A DNA stretch of 63,120 nucleotides, filler included, from Lenisia limosa (lineage: Eukaryota; Protista; Breviatea): NCBI GenBank assembly GCA_001655205.1. It is 11 parts of 11 records of this genome, joined end to end, with 100 filler letters (N's around TTAATTAATTAA, not from the genome) between each part and the next. Parts side by side here need not be neighbours in the genome. Positions count along the whole stretch, not along the records: positions 46,550 to 56,619 come from LPNZ01009874.1; positions 56,720 to 61,543 come from LPNZ01010199.1; 9 more parts are not named here. One strand, written 5' to 3'. The notes beneath the pieces are model-generated. The model saw only the letters and a list, made by a program, of their open reading frames with translations, was not told the origin of the DNA and did not search any database. A program made the position numbers and the translations under genes. Numbering within the stretch: the stretch's first letter is position 1; each line of letters begins with the position of its first letter. Shown here in pieces: positions 49,990 to 61,543 of the stretch.

Positions 49990-52900
49990 TTTTCCTTTTG
50001 TAACAAGCTCAAGGGAAGTTGCCCCGAGGGTCACTATCTGTCTTACACGTCCAAAAATGTGGCGTGTTCGTTCGAAACAGGCTGGGCCGAAAACGTCGAA
50101 TGCATTCCTTGTAGGGGGGGGGGTATACAGAACATGCATTCCTGATGATGGTGGGGGCCGTCAACATGNNNNNNNNNNNNNNNNNNNNNNNNNNNNNNNN
50201 NNTTTTTCATGATAATTCCGTCCTCTTTTGAAGTGGATTGTGGGGGTTCCTTGGTGGATTTGTAGGGTTTCAAAAATACTTTGCACATTCTTCTTTGTTG
50301 AAATATTCTAACCCGCCCCATCAGATCGATGCCTCAATAATTTTAACGACATGTATACTCTCAACAACTGCAGTGGAAGTCCGCGGGGGGNNNNNNNNNN
50401 NNNNNNNNNNNNNNNNNNNNNNNNNNNNNNNNNNNNNNNNNNNNNNNNNNNNNNNNNNNNNNNNNNNNNNNNNNNNNNNNNNNNNNNNNNNNNNNNNNNN
50501 NNNNNNNNNNNNNNNNNNNNNNNNNNNNNCGATATTTTCCGTATTTTTCGAACTGAAGTGAAGCCCGAGGGGAGGGGAGGTTGCTGAATGAAAAGTGTTA
50601 CAGCTCCCGGTATTCAATTAAAGCTCAAACAAAACTACTATCACAACAATGATCACACCTTATCTCATTACCAATGAGTTGACCTTTCAGTTGATTCTCT
50701 GTATGGAACGGTGTGCTCCCTCTCTTGTGCTGATACCTCCATTCCGCCTGAGCAGGTTTGTTCGAAGTAATAATCCTCACTTTTCTTTATGTTCCCAAAA
50801 GAGTCCTATTTCGATCAATCTTCGTGAAAACTCGCTACTGATAAAACATAAACAATTCCAATTATCTGTGAAATGTTTATTACTTCCCAACTAACAAAAA
50901 TGTTGCTTTCACTCTCTCAAACTCCCATCATGTCCTTGTTTTTTTATTTCTCTCATCGTAATAAACGTTTCTACAGTTGAAAAAGCATATCATCTCTTTA
51001 CATAATGCCACACTTCAGATTACCGGGTCACCATATGCCACATGCCAGGCAAATGGCGAGTTTGCCTCAGACTACAGCTGCTTACTAGGTATGACAGCGG
51101 TCTGACTACACTTGAATTTCACTTGGGTCCTTTAATTTATGGAGAGATTCAGTCTTTTCTCGTACCGAAGTGAAGCCTAAGCTATGCCCCAGACCCAAAC
51201 ACTTACCAGAAACGCCACTGTGATAATACTTTTTGAAATAAATTCAATAAAAGTTTGAAAGTGCAATTTACGTATACAAATAGATATCATGTATACATTT
51301 GTGTCACCGCGCTTCTCTGACCCCCTACCTCCCCCAAACGCACAATGAACAAGTGTGTTGTGCTTTTTTTTTTGATGATCTCCTTTGTAGAGTTCAGCAT
51401 CCGCAGTTGCGGCAAAGGCACTTCAAATGCTCTTGGAAATGTAGGCATACCCGTTCTTTCGTAACACCAGATTGATGAAATATGCCTCTTCCAATAGCTC
51501 TTATCAGCGTGATGGTGTAGACGCAGGCAGATAAATTGTTATTTTCCTCATTTAACAAACTCTAATCATACTATAAGGACTCTTTTGAATTATTGCAAAA
51601 AAAGGAAGTTACAATACAGCCTTCTTCCGCTGCTAATCAGCTTGATGGTGCTTACTATGACTCATCCTCCGACTACAACGAATTTACATTCCTCCAAGTA
51701 CATTTTCGCGGTTTTTGCGGTTTCTACAAAGGTCTGATCTGTGTGGGTATTTATATTGACACTGATAGATTTACCATAATATATGCAAGCTGTTTACTGT
51801 TTGCCTAGAGCCTTCCTAGACTATAATTACAATAAGGATAATTATCCCAATAAGTGATATCGTGTCATCATGCTAGAGAGGACATCGGTTGTCATAGTCC
51901 TTCACGCATCACCAAAGGTTCTTACTTCACAGATCAAACGCTTATTTGTACTGGATTGAATACCTTGTATCAGTGTGCCAATTCTGACACTACGGGAAAA
52001 AGTGAGAGACTCGTAGCGGCGAATATTGGAGCCTTTTAATGAACATATTTTTATTATAGTTTCCAAAATGGGGTAGTTTCATTTTGCATTCATTTTCGCA
52101 GTCAAGAGCACCAATAACTTCTTTGTCACCCTTGGTGAAATTATTGAAGAGTTCCATGGAGGTTACGACAGCTATGGTGTAGTAACCAGTGGGAGGCGTG
52201 TTTGTTATAATTATGTTAGATCACTTTATTGAGGTCATTTTGACGTGTGATACCTCATATCCACTCGTCTGATAATTTTGACCGACACGTCTCAATGATA
52301 CTCTGATACACTCGGGATGAGCCCTCGTGTTATTTTCGATGAACATATGGCATTGTCACGCTTTAGCCCTTCGAAATCTCTACATGTGGGGAAGTAATAC
52401 ACATGGCCAAGTCCTTCAAGATAACCTAGCACTGAACTACATGCCTACGAAGGTTGGACAGTCATGTATTCTCGATTTTCCAATAGAGTTGAAGTCAAGT
52501 TATCTTACTTTTCCCTTGCCTCATTTCACCAGGTTACCTTCCCGGGAAACGCAAAAGTTGATACCCTCACGGTTGAATATTACGTAACCATTGCGAAGCT
52601 TGGTGAGCGGCTTTACTTTACCACCAACATTGTAGCTACACTATTTCCGCGAAAAGTCCTGACACGATTGACGCTAAATACCCGCGTGTCAGGACTTAAC
52701 ACAGTCAATGAATAATATCATATAGAACTAAATAGGACTCCGTTCAAAATATATATTTTAAAATATACATTTAATTGAAAGGAGACATATTGAAACTGGA
52801 GAACTAATTTGTTAATTAATATCCCCAAAACTATTATGTGTATGTATATTCCTAAGATTGGGGTCTGTTCTGTTACTTCAATTTCATTATTGACCCGATT

Positions 52901-54870
52901 TTCCCCAACATTTCAGATTCTGGAACATACTACGGTGGCGGCTATCTTATTGACTGTGCTCTTGGAGGGGCCTGTGATACAAGCCTTCCACACATCTTGA
53001 ATTTTGACCTTCCAAGTGTCGGGTTGTCGTACCTTTTTTGAACAAGAGAAGATATGACATAAGACCTGAGATAAAATAACCAGCGATACCATCAGCTCCG
53101 CACCTCACAGACAATAGCAGCACTCCCTTTTACATTTTCAGGGGCGTCCAATTGCTAAGTTAACGAGCGGCCCTTATGCTACAGTTGCTCTTTCTGGTAT
53201 GTTCTCTGATACTTATCTGTACAAATATTATGGTTCGTCTCGTTATTTCTGAGTGGCAAACGGGCAATTATTTTGTCAAGGCTTCATTTGATCAATACCC
53301 TTCTCAAAATCAAATGGTTTTGTTGTTCATATCACCTATGGTTGGAAATAATAGGAATTCTCTCTGGTCTGAAAGCGACCGATATAATATCGATATTTTT
53401 CTTCCCAAGAAATTCAGTCTTTTATGCCCTTGCTATGACAGTGATATTACGCTCCAGATGACAGAAACATTTACGGAATGTCGAAGGGGCGCAACGAAAT
53501 GTACTGCCGGCCCTCGGGGACTGACGCCACCTTTACCCAGGTACGCTTTGCAGTTTCAAGTTGTTTTATCCTTGATAAGTTTGCTCTGTTCTTGTTACGT
53601 TTTTTGCAGAGTTTAATATTATAATATCGGAAAACAAACTGTGTTTGGGCTAAGAGAGGTAATACATATTATATATGAAATTGTATGATTAAGGAATTGT
53701 TTATTTGTTATGTTGAGATGGCAGCGCACTTTCCCCAGCTCCGTGTAACCTGATTCTAAACGACCCAGGCAAACGATAATGCATCAAATCAACTGGGGGG
53801 CAAGGTGATCGACTTTGAATGCAATCTTGACACTTGCCTCTTCCTCACAAGTTGGGGGATACTGAGCGAATCAACAACAGCTCTTTTTTTTCACAAGCAT
53901 GTGCATTAATATGTCCTCTATATTCAAGTGTATTGCAGTGACTTAATATAACATCTTTTTTATAATTTCCGGATTACTTCTGAATCCCACAGGTGAGGGG
54001 AAGGCCTTGGTATGCAGTGACTTGACAGGATCATCTGGAGTTACTTCAGACCAAACCCCTGTATGTTAAATCATGTTCAATGTCCCCTGATCACGCCTCG
54101 TTTCTCTTATCGGCTTGAGGTTGATGTCACGACAGCATTCACGACACCGTGTGGAGGGGGTCTTCCTAAGCATCTCATAGCTGCTGACTACTATCACTTC
54201 TACTATTGGGGCAATTGTAAGCAAACATCAATCTGATTAATATGATAATGTGTGTGTACAAGTGGTTGGCTTGGGCTTTGTTTGTTTTGTTGTCTTCACA
54301 TGTGTCTTTCTCAAATATTAAGCCAACTTGAGTTTGGGATTTTCCTTTTCAACATTTACCCCTTTTTACCCTATTATGAGTCTTTTGTATCTAAGCATTC
54401 TACAATATGGTCATATGATATGCATTGAGACTTTGAGGTTTTCGCTGCAGAACATTGTGACGGTATAGAAAAGACTCATTTTCCAACTAACCACCTAGCA
54501 TGTGGTGATAACATTGTTCGCGCATTCACTATTGGCCCCAATCATCCAGAATCTATCTGTAAATCTGCCACTCCTGGTGATGCTCAGGTGAGTGCTTAAT
54601 CCCAATCGCTTGTGATTGCTTTCATTTATCAACTTAAGTAGCCCCTCCATGATAAGATATGGTGTTTTTGTCTTTTTGTATTTTGCTTCAACCTGTGTGT
54701 TTCTCAAATTAAACCTTTAAAATTCATTGATTTTGTTTCTTCCCCCTTTTCTTGAAATTCTCTTAATCCACCCCACCCCCCAGTCAAACAATGTTCTTGA
54801 TGTGAGGCCTCACTCTATCTACGATATCGCAGCTTTGAGAGAATCTGTCTTCGTAATGCTCAAGTAGCAT
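49990..54870 (+). CDS. Large multi-exon extracellular-type protein or proteins with sushi/CCP-like Cys modules and RCC1-like repeats
   Basis: SCPEGHYLSY...CSFETGWAENVECIPC, GTVCSLSC, ITGSPYATCQANGEF...SC (CCP-like); NLYMWGSNTHGQV, IAKLTSGPYATVALS (RCC1-like). One gene versus two is unresolved. Confidence 0.4.
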
Positions 54871-55712
54871 ATTTTATTATTGTATGAAGTAATATAATAT
54901 GTATTTATCCACTATGTAATCACGTGTCCACTAAATGGTGTCCTATACAACGCATGCACATATGTGAAAATGATCCTTTAAACGTCTATTTGATTTTGAA
55001 CAGCAAATTATTCTATTGCCACCCAGTATCGATTATTTGAAGGGCTTTCAACACGGGCCGAAAAGACCAGTAAAATATCGATAGAGAAACCCTAGTTCTT
55101 TGTTAAGTCGACACTGTGTGTACAGATACAATGAAATTAATGTACAACGTCTACACCTACAACACTAAATACCATAAACCCCTATTTCTTCTTAAAGAAG
55201 CTCATAACAGACCTTTGTCCCTTCACAGGGGCTTTAACCACGCTTTTGGCAATCTACAAAGATCATTAACTGGGCTGGAGGGGGGTAAAAAGGAGGAAAT
55301 TAGACTCCAATCAACTCAGTTGGCAAAAAGAGAGGGGGGAGGGTGTGAACAAGAAACGTGATCAGTGGCAAAAGGTCCCAGCATTATGGCTAAACACCTA
55401 AGAAACACCCCCCCCCAACAGCCTTCTGCGCCTTCGCCACTTGCTGGTAGTCCTCAACTGGAGTGTTGTCAGCTGGATCGCTCTACAAAGTGATTTGCTG
55501 TACCATTATTGTCTTCAGAACTAGGCACACTTCTTATACAATAAAGTTTTTGTCCTCAGAGGCACACTTAAAATAAATCTCTTGTCCTCAGAGGCACACT
55601 TTCATACAATAAAGCTCTTGTCCTCAGAGGCACACTTTTCAGAACAAGGTATTCTACATAGTATATCATATCCTATTTGTATTTTGAGATGGGCAATAAA
55701 TAAGGTTTACAT

Positions 55713-55815
55713 GTATATCTGGCCGAAGCCATCCACACCATCACGCTTGTATAGAACAATGTTAATTCACCCAATCATTTGCCTTACAACTCTGTGGACA
55801 GCTTTCTGCGTGCGG
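55713..55815 (+). repeat. Repeat family C, near-complete copy
   Basis: TATCTGGCCGAAGCCATCCACACCATCACGC...TTAATTCACCCAATCATTTGCCTTACAACTCTGTGGACAGCTTTCTG. Confidence 0.8.
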
Positions 55816-56719
55816 CTTTAAAAAAACTTCAGCTTCCCAATAAGAGTAATTACCCCCCCCCCCTACATCAGCGGCTTGTCGCTTACGAGAAGGCTTGATT
55901 TCCTCCACTTTAACTTTCTCTGGCAATCTAATGGATGAGAGGGCTGTGTTTACGTTGTAGAATAGAGAAAACATTTGGTGTCAACACCATATTGTTTATT
56001 ACAGATAGAGATAAGAAAAAAAAAACAAGGTATCTGGCTGAAGCCCTCTTTATAGCATTATATTAATTCACTCAATCATTGACTTCAACTCTGTGCGCAC
56101 GGCTTTCTGTGTGCCTTCCCAGAATAGTTATGTGCACATTACAATTAACCCAAACATTTGCCTTAGAACTCCGATTTTGGGGTACATGAGGGGGGGGGGG
56201 AGGCTTTATATCGTAAAACGCACAGCACAATAGGGCTCCGTGCAATTAATTTTTTGAAGAAATTGATTGACAAAAAAAGTTATTAAAGTGTCAGAAATGG
56301 ATTTTACATTACAATATGTCGCACATCAAATTTTGAAAATGCTTTTTCCATTTCTTACACGGAGGCCTAACAATAACCCACTTCAAAATGCTTCGGACTG
56401 CATCAATTAAGTCCTTCGGAATAACCGCGGTCATCATAACAAGAGCCGCTTCCAGAGCCAGGACTGAAAAGTTATACGTGATGTGCATTGTTCGTGCTTT
56501 GCATTCCTTTAGATAATTGAATAAAGAAGTTTTACACTGCCCACACCAACCATCACTAGGTTTAATGACTTCAGGGACCCGATCAATGCTCCCTCCAGGG
56601 GGGACCAAATATGTCTGTGNNNNNNNNNNNNNNNNNNNNNNNNNNNNNNNNNNNNNNNNNNNNTTAATTAATTAANNNNNNNNNNNNNNNNNNNNNNNNN
56701 NNNNNNNNNNNNNNNNNNN

Positions 56720-56944
56720 AATTTAAAAAATATTGATTGGGTAATTGTCGGTGGAGAAAGTGGACACAACCCAAGACCAATGGATGCTGAATGGGTAATT
56801 GATATTCAAGAGCAATGTGAAAAGGCAGATGTTGCGTTTTTCTTTAAACAATGGGGCGGAAAAAATAAGAAGAAAAACGGTAGAGAATTAAATGGTCGAA
56901 CCTATGACGAAATGCCCGAAATTGAATTGCAACACAGCGTCTGA
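56720..56944 (+). CDS. DUF5131 / phage Gp37-Gp68 family protein, C-terminal fragment
   Basis: Not in the ORF track. [66 protein letters not shown]; the WVIVGGESG...FFFKQWGG motifs are characteristic. Confidence 0.88.
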   Translation, partial: NLKNIDWVIVGGESGHNPRPMDAEWVIDIQEQCEKADVAFFFKQWGGKNKKKNGRELNGRTYDEMPEIELQHSV

Positions 56945-56958
56945 AAGGAAAAGCCAGT

Positions 56959-57156
56959 TGCCAACAACGTATATAGCTCATAGCTAATCAGTTGCCTAAT
57001 TCAAAGTTAAGGCATATTTGGAAAGTCGCCAAATTTTTAAATTTGACGATTTCCAATAAAAAAGATAAATAGTAAAATTTAAAAATCTGGCTTGTGGCTC
57101 AACCGAAAATTAATCGCTAATTTGCACGCAACGAGCCATACACAAGACCGTTAGCC
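56959..57156 (+). repeat. attC-like site 1 (about 200 bp)
   Basis: TGCCAAC-AAC-GTATATAGCTC ... GAGCCATACAC-AAGACC-GTTAGCC. Confidence 0.8.
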
Positions 57157-57171
57157 ACAATATGACCACGA

Positions 57172-57717
57172 ATGCAAAATCTGACTAAAGAAATACAATC
57201 ATTACTCGAAACGAAAGAAACTCAAGACTTCTTAAAAGTTGCTCGTGGATTTATTGAACTGATTGAAAACAAAGAAATTAAGGAACAAGAATTTTATCCT
57301 GAAATTCACAAAAAACTGACTGAATTATATAACGCTGGACTTTCTCTAAAATCGGTTGAACTAATTCACTCAAGTGAAAAATCGAAATTTGATAACGTTT
57401 CAGAAGAGGAAATAAAAGAACGGAATGTCAATCTGATTTCCTCACTTGGAAAGGACTGTTTCTATTGGGAAGTTTTTGACCCAACTTATGAAAAGGAAAA
57501 CGAGCCGACACAAGGCTGGTTAGTTGACGATGTTGCGGACATTTATGCTGACTTAAAAGAAGAACTTTACAAAATTGACAAAATTAAAACCGATGAGGCA
57601 ATCGAAGATGGACTTTGGCAATTGAAATTCGGATTTACTTCTCATTGGGGAAATCATTGCGTGAATGCAATTCGAGCTTTACATTACATTTATTATGACG
57701 GAAAGAAAACAATGTGA
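57172..57717 (+). CDS. DUF5063-like protein (cassette ORF)
   Basis: FYWEVFDP...LVDDVADIYADLK...WQLKFGFTSHWGNHCVNAIRALH matches the DUF5063 pattern as recalled. Confidence 0.75.
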   Translation: MQNLTKEIQSLLETKETQDFLKVARGFIELIENKEIKEQEFYPEIHKKLTELYNAGLSLKSVELIHSSEKSKFDNVSEEEIKERNVNLISSLGKDCFYWEVFDPTYEKENEPTQGWLVDDVADIYADLKEELYKIDKIKTDEAIEDGLWQLKFGFTSHWGNHCVNAIRALHYIYYDGKKTM

Positions 57718-57728
57718 AAAAATACTGT

Positions 57729-57861
57729 GGCTAACAACGCATAACGGCCCAGCCCGGCTGAACCAGAAAGTTGAGAATGACAAACTTTAAACAATCAATA
57801 ACCACGGCTGACAAACCACGCCATTAAACCCGTGCCGATGCGTTATGCGAGGCCGTTAGCA
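57729..57861 (+). repeat. attC-like site 2 (about 133 bp)
   Basis: GGCTAAC-AA-CGCATAACG ... CGTTATGCG-AGGCC-GTTAGCA; perfect 9-bp inner inverted repeat. Confidence 0.88.
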
Positions 57862-57895
57862 CCAATTTTGCGACTTACGTAAGTTAATTGTAATT

Positions 57896-58840
57896 GTGTT
57901 ATTGAGTAAAACTGTCGAAGTTTGTAAAAAAATAACAGAAATGATAATAGAATATAATTTTGCAAATGATTTACTGGAAAAAATAGAGGAAGAATTAATT
58001 AGCTATGAGAGTAAAAATGGAATTCAAATTATTAAACGCTTTTCAATAAGTAAAAGTGCTAATCTTGAATGGATGAGAAAAAGTCAAGATTATAGTTTTC
58101 CAATTAACACTAGTGGTTCAACAGAAATAATTCAGATTACAAAAGAATATTATGAACTTTTAGTAAATGGATGGCAAGAAAAACATCCAGAATTAGTAAA
58201 AAAAGGAATTGTTGAGACAGTTAAATCAACAATGGAATCTGATTTTCCTGAAGAAACTATTCATTCAGCCATTTATGATAAAGTTTCAAAACTAATATAT
58301 CAATACGATGAAGTTTTAAAATGTACTAAAGAAACTAATAGACTTTTTGGAATTGAAGATGAGGAAAAAATCTTATTAATTCACCTTAATAGATATAATG
58401 AGATATTAAGTTCTGATTTTAAACAAATCGAATTTTTACACGGAATCACTTTAAATAAAAAAATTAGTGATTTAATATTAAAAATATACATTCGATTTAT
58501 CAATTTAAGGTTAAAAATGCTTANNNNNNNNNNNNNNNNNNNNNNNNNNNNNNNNNNNNNNNAAGGAAGTCAAAGAGACTTGTGCGAACTCTTTATTGAA
58601 TTACAAGAAAAGAAATGGATAGATGAATTTGAATGGGGAGAACGAAATAAAATAGCTCAATCGATTTGTAACTTATTTGATTTGACTTTAACCAAAAAAA
58701 ATAAGAATAGTAATGTCGAGAATTCTTTCTACCAAATATTAAAAGGAACTCATAATCCTAAAACCAAGAAAAGAGAATATGATGTAGTTTTAGGAAAAGA
58801 AAGTGACAGAAAATTTAATAAAATAAAAAACAGGTGCTAA
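57896..58840 (+). CDS. Hypothetical cassette protein; C-terminus weakly RteC-like
   Basis: 314-codon ORF with an internal gap; GSQRDLCELFIELQEKKWI. Stop TAA lies inside the GGTGCTAAC inverse core. Confidence 0.7.
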   Translation: MLLSKTVEVCKKITEMIIEYNFANDLLEKIEEELISYESKNGIQIIKRFSISKSANLEWMRKSQDYSFPINTSGSTEIIQITKEYYELLVNGWQEKHPELVKKGIVETVKSTMESDFPEETIHSAIYDKVSKLIYQYDEVLKCTKETNRLFGIEDEEKILLIHLNRYNEILSSDFKQIEFLHGITLNKKISDLILKIYIRFINLRLKMLXXXXXXXXXXXXXXGSQRDLCELFIELQEKKWIDEFEWGERNKIAQSICNLFDLTLTKKNKNSNVENSFYQILKGTHNPKTKKREYDVVLGKESDRKFNKIKNRC

Positions 58841-58893
58841 CAACGTATATAATCCATTGCTAGAGAGAGCCTACTTACGAAAATCCTCGCGGA
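58835..58893 (+). repeat. attC-like site 3, left arm only (right arm lost in gap)
   Basis: TGCTAAC-AAC-GTATATAATCC..., same start pattern as site 1. Confidence 0.7.
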
Positions 58894-58903
58894 NNNNNNN
58901 NNN

Positions 58904-59915
58904 CGGAATATTATTTACAATTTGCCTTTTGTTGTTTAGTTGTACTAAATCGGCAGACAATAACGACCGCAAAAGTGACCTGTCGAATTATAACTTTAAT
59001 GGACAAATAAAATCTGTAAAATCTGAACTTTTCAATCTAATTATTGAGAAAGACACTTTTAAAATCGGAGAGAAAATAAATTCACTTGCATTTGACCGAA
59101 ATTCTCTGCTCGAATTTAATGAACTCGGAAACCTGACTTCAATAAAAGAGTTTCTTTACAACGGCAAAGTAATTAAAGAAGACATCTATACTTATGATAA
59201 AAATGACCTATTAATTAAAAGAAAGGAAATTGACAATTATGGTAAAGGTTCGTTTTTAGACTTCGAATTTAAATATGATTCTAAAGACAGCTTGACTAGC
59301 GTTTTAATATCTAGCAATGGATTTAAGAGAATTCTAAAAATTGAGCGAGATAGCAATAATCGACCAATAAAAAGAGAAACTATTCAAAATGACACAGTCC
59401 AATTGACTTACAGTGTAAAATATGACCAAAACGACAATTTGATTTCTGAAAGTCAATTTAGATATAAAAACATACCAGTAAAATTAATCGAAAGAAGTTT
59501 TAACAGTCAAAACTTGAAAGAAAAGGAAAAGATTATCGAATATAGAACTTGGGATACAATCAGAGTAGAAAACGAATATCTTTATGACAATAAAAATCAA
59601 TTAGTTGTTGAGAAATTCAACGTAGAAAACGACTCAACTTTTGATGAAACAAAAAACAAATATCACAAAAACGGAAAACTAAAGGAATCAATTATAGTAA
59701 TGGGAGAAAATGAATTCGCCATTATTGAAAGAAATCTATACAATGAAAATGGGAATTTAACTGAAAAAACAGTTAAAACCAATGATGGAAAAACTAACGA
59801 TGTTTGGAGTTATGATTTTAAATATGATTTAGAAAATAATTGGATAGAAAAAATTGAATTTAAAAACAATAAACCGTTGAGAATTGTAAAACGAACAATT
59901 GAATACTATAAATAA
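58904..59915 (+). CDS. YD/RHS-repeat-like lipoprotein, start lost in gap
   Basis: Lipobox LLFSC, then repeated YxYDxxxxL units (YTYDKNDLL, FKYDSKDSL, VKYDQNDNL, YLYDNKNQL, FKYDLENNW). Confidence 0.75.
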
Positions 59916-59923
59916 AATACGTT

Positions 59924-60061
59924 GCCTAACAAAGTATAACCGCAATTACGGCGGATTCGACTACGTCCGAATCCACTCGGAATTGCTAACGCGAGTGCTT
60001 AACCGAAAATTATTAACTTTAAAACCGTNNNNNNNNNNACGGTTATACGAGACCGTTGGCA
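59924..60061 (+). repeat. attC-like site 4 (10-N gap inside)
   Basis: Canonical GCCTAAC-AAA-GTATAACCG ... CGGTTATAC-GAGACC-GTTGGCA. Confidence 0.88.
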
Positions 60062-60067
60062 ATAATT

Positions 60068-60448
60068 ATGAAAAAGACAATCTATCTAATTTTAATATTA
60101 ATGAGTTTCCAAAGTTGTAGTGGACAATTAAAATGTTCTGATTTAAAAAACGGAATATTTGAATTAAAGTCAGAAACTGGAACAACAATAATCGAAAGAA
60201 ATGGAAACACACAGATTGAAAAAAAAGACGGATTGAATTATTACTCTGATGTGGAATGGATAACGGACTGTAAATATGAACTAAAAAATCATCGGAATCA
60301 TAACGGAGAATTAGAAAAAGAAGAATTGAATAGCGTATATATTGTTGAGATAATTGAAATAATGAAAGATTCTGTGAAGATTAAGACAACTGCAAATTAT
60401 TCTGACAAAAGTCTTGAACGAACACTGCAAATAATTGAATTAAAATAA
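60068..60448 (+). CDS. Small putative lipoprotein (cassette ORF)
   Basis: MKKTIYLILILMSFQSCSGQLKCSDLKNG...; ATG lies 13 nt after the GTT core. Confidence 0.75.
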   Translation: MKKTIYLILILMSFQSCSGQLKCSDLKNGIFELKSETGTTIIERNGNTQIEKKDGLNYYSDVEWITDCKYELKNHRNHNGELEKEELNSVYIVEIIEIMKDSVKIKTTANYSDKSLERTLQIIELK

Positions 60449-60452
60449 CTAT

Positions 60453-60515
60453 TGCCAACAATGTATAACCGCAATTACGGCGGATTCGACTACGTCCGAA
60501 TCCACTCGGAATTGC
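60453..60515 (+). repeat. attC-like site 5, left arm
   Basis: TGCCAAC-AAT-GTATAACCGCAATTACGGCGGATTCGACTACGTCCGAATCC..., identical to the left arm of site 4 up to the gap. Confidence 0.85.
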
Positions 60516-60603
60516 NNNNNNNNNNNNNNNNNNNNNNNNNNNNNNNNNNNNNNNNNNNNNNNNNNNNNNNNNNNNNNNNNNNNNNNNNNNNNNNNNNNNN
60601 NNN

Positions 60604-61543
60604 TCGGAAAATGAATTTCTATTCTACAACTTTGTGGAATTGACTTTTGCACCTCATTTGCAAAAATGGTACGAGAAAGCCAAAGCAAACGGAATTCAAT
60701 TTAAACCGCAATACGAACAAGCAATTAAACAAAAAGTTTCAACATCTGAATTTAAAAATCCTCACAGTTTTCCAGAATATTTCGACAGTAAATTTGACCA
60801 TATTGTAATTGACTTTGAAACAGCAAACCAAAACCGAGTTAGTGCTTGTGCTTTAGGCTTGGTTTTCATAAAAAATGACAGAATAGCTTATCAAACAAGT
60901 TTTCACATCAAACCGCCAGAAACCGAAAAATTCTCAAGCAGAAATATTGGAATTCACGGAATTACAGCCGAAGATGTAGATTATGCAATGACTTTCGATG
61001 AACTTTGGGAATTTGAACTTTCAAAATATTTTAATCAAAACTTAATTGTGTTCCATAACGCAAGTATGGATTTGAGTGTTTTAAAAAACCTCTTTGAACA
61101 CTATTCAATTTCAGATTTCAATATTAACTACTTGGACACAATGCAACTTGCGGAGAAAACAGGAAATTCAAAAAAGTTAGCTGAACTCGCAGAAAAATTT
61201 GACATTGAATATATTGACAAACATAATCCTGAACAAGATGCAAAAGTTTGTGCTTATGTATTTGGAGAACTTGCAGAACTTTATCCCGATTATGAAAGTT
61301 TAATAAAAACTTTGAGTTTCGGAGAAATTCAAGAAAAAAGAATTCGACAAAAAGAAACAGCCGAAATTAAAAATCAAAATCTTGATTATGTTCAAGCGTA
61401 TTCTCTAAAAGACGGAGAACTCGAAAAAATTGAGATTAAGAACAAAGGATTTATTTTTACTGGAGAAATAACGACAGACAGAAGTACAGCGAAAAAATTT
61501 ATCGAACAAAATGGCGGAATAATAAAATCTGGAATTACGAGCA
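60604..61543 (+). CDS. DEDDh 3'-5' exonuclease (Pol III epsilon-like) with C-terminal BRCT domain, both ends truncated
   Basis: VIDFETAN, VFHNASMD, YLDTMQLA, HNPEQDA; BRCT-like KNKGFIFTGEI...IEQNGGIIKSGIT. The frame is open from the gap at 60604. Confidence 0.85.

Larger units (their letters stand above)
56720..61543 (+). mobile_element. Bacterial (probably Bacteroidota) integron-like gene-cassette array, no integrase in fragment
   Basis: Six co-oriented, intronless, low-GC ORFs, each separated by an imperfect palindrome running from an (RYYY)AAC-type site to GTTRR. Lipoboxes LLFSC and FQSC and a DUF5063-like ORF suggest Bacteroidota. Confidence 0.82.

Noticed and set aside
58857-58903. ORF-track start of the YD-repeat protein at 58857
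   Set aside because: It reads through attC-like site 3 and an N gap; the real start is probably in the gap just before the lipoprotein signal.
59899-60643. ORFs 59899-60120 and 60452-60643 (YNRNYGGFDYVRIHSEL) as a duplicated peptide gene
   Set aside because: They are translations of the shared attC-like arm.
56720-61543. Horizontal transfer of bacterial genes into the eukaryote
   Set aside because: The segment is bounded on both sides by artificial linkers, with no junction, introns or host repeats.
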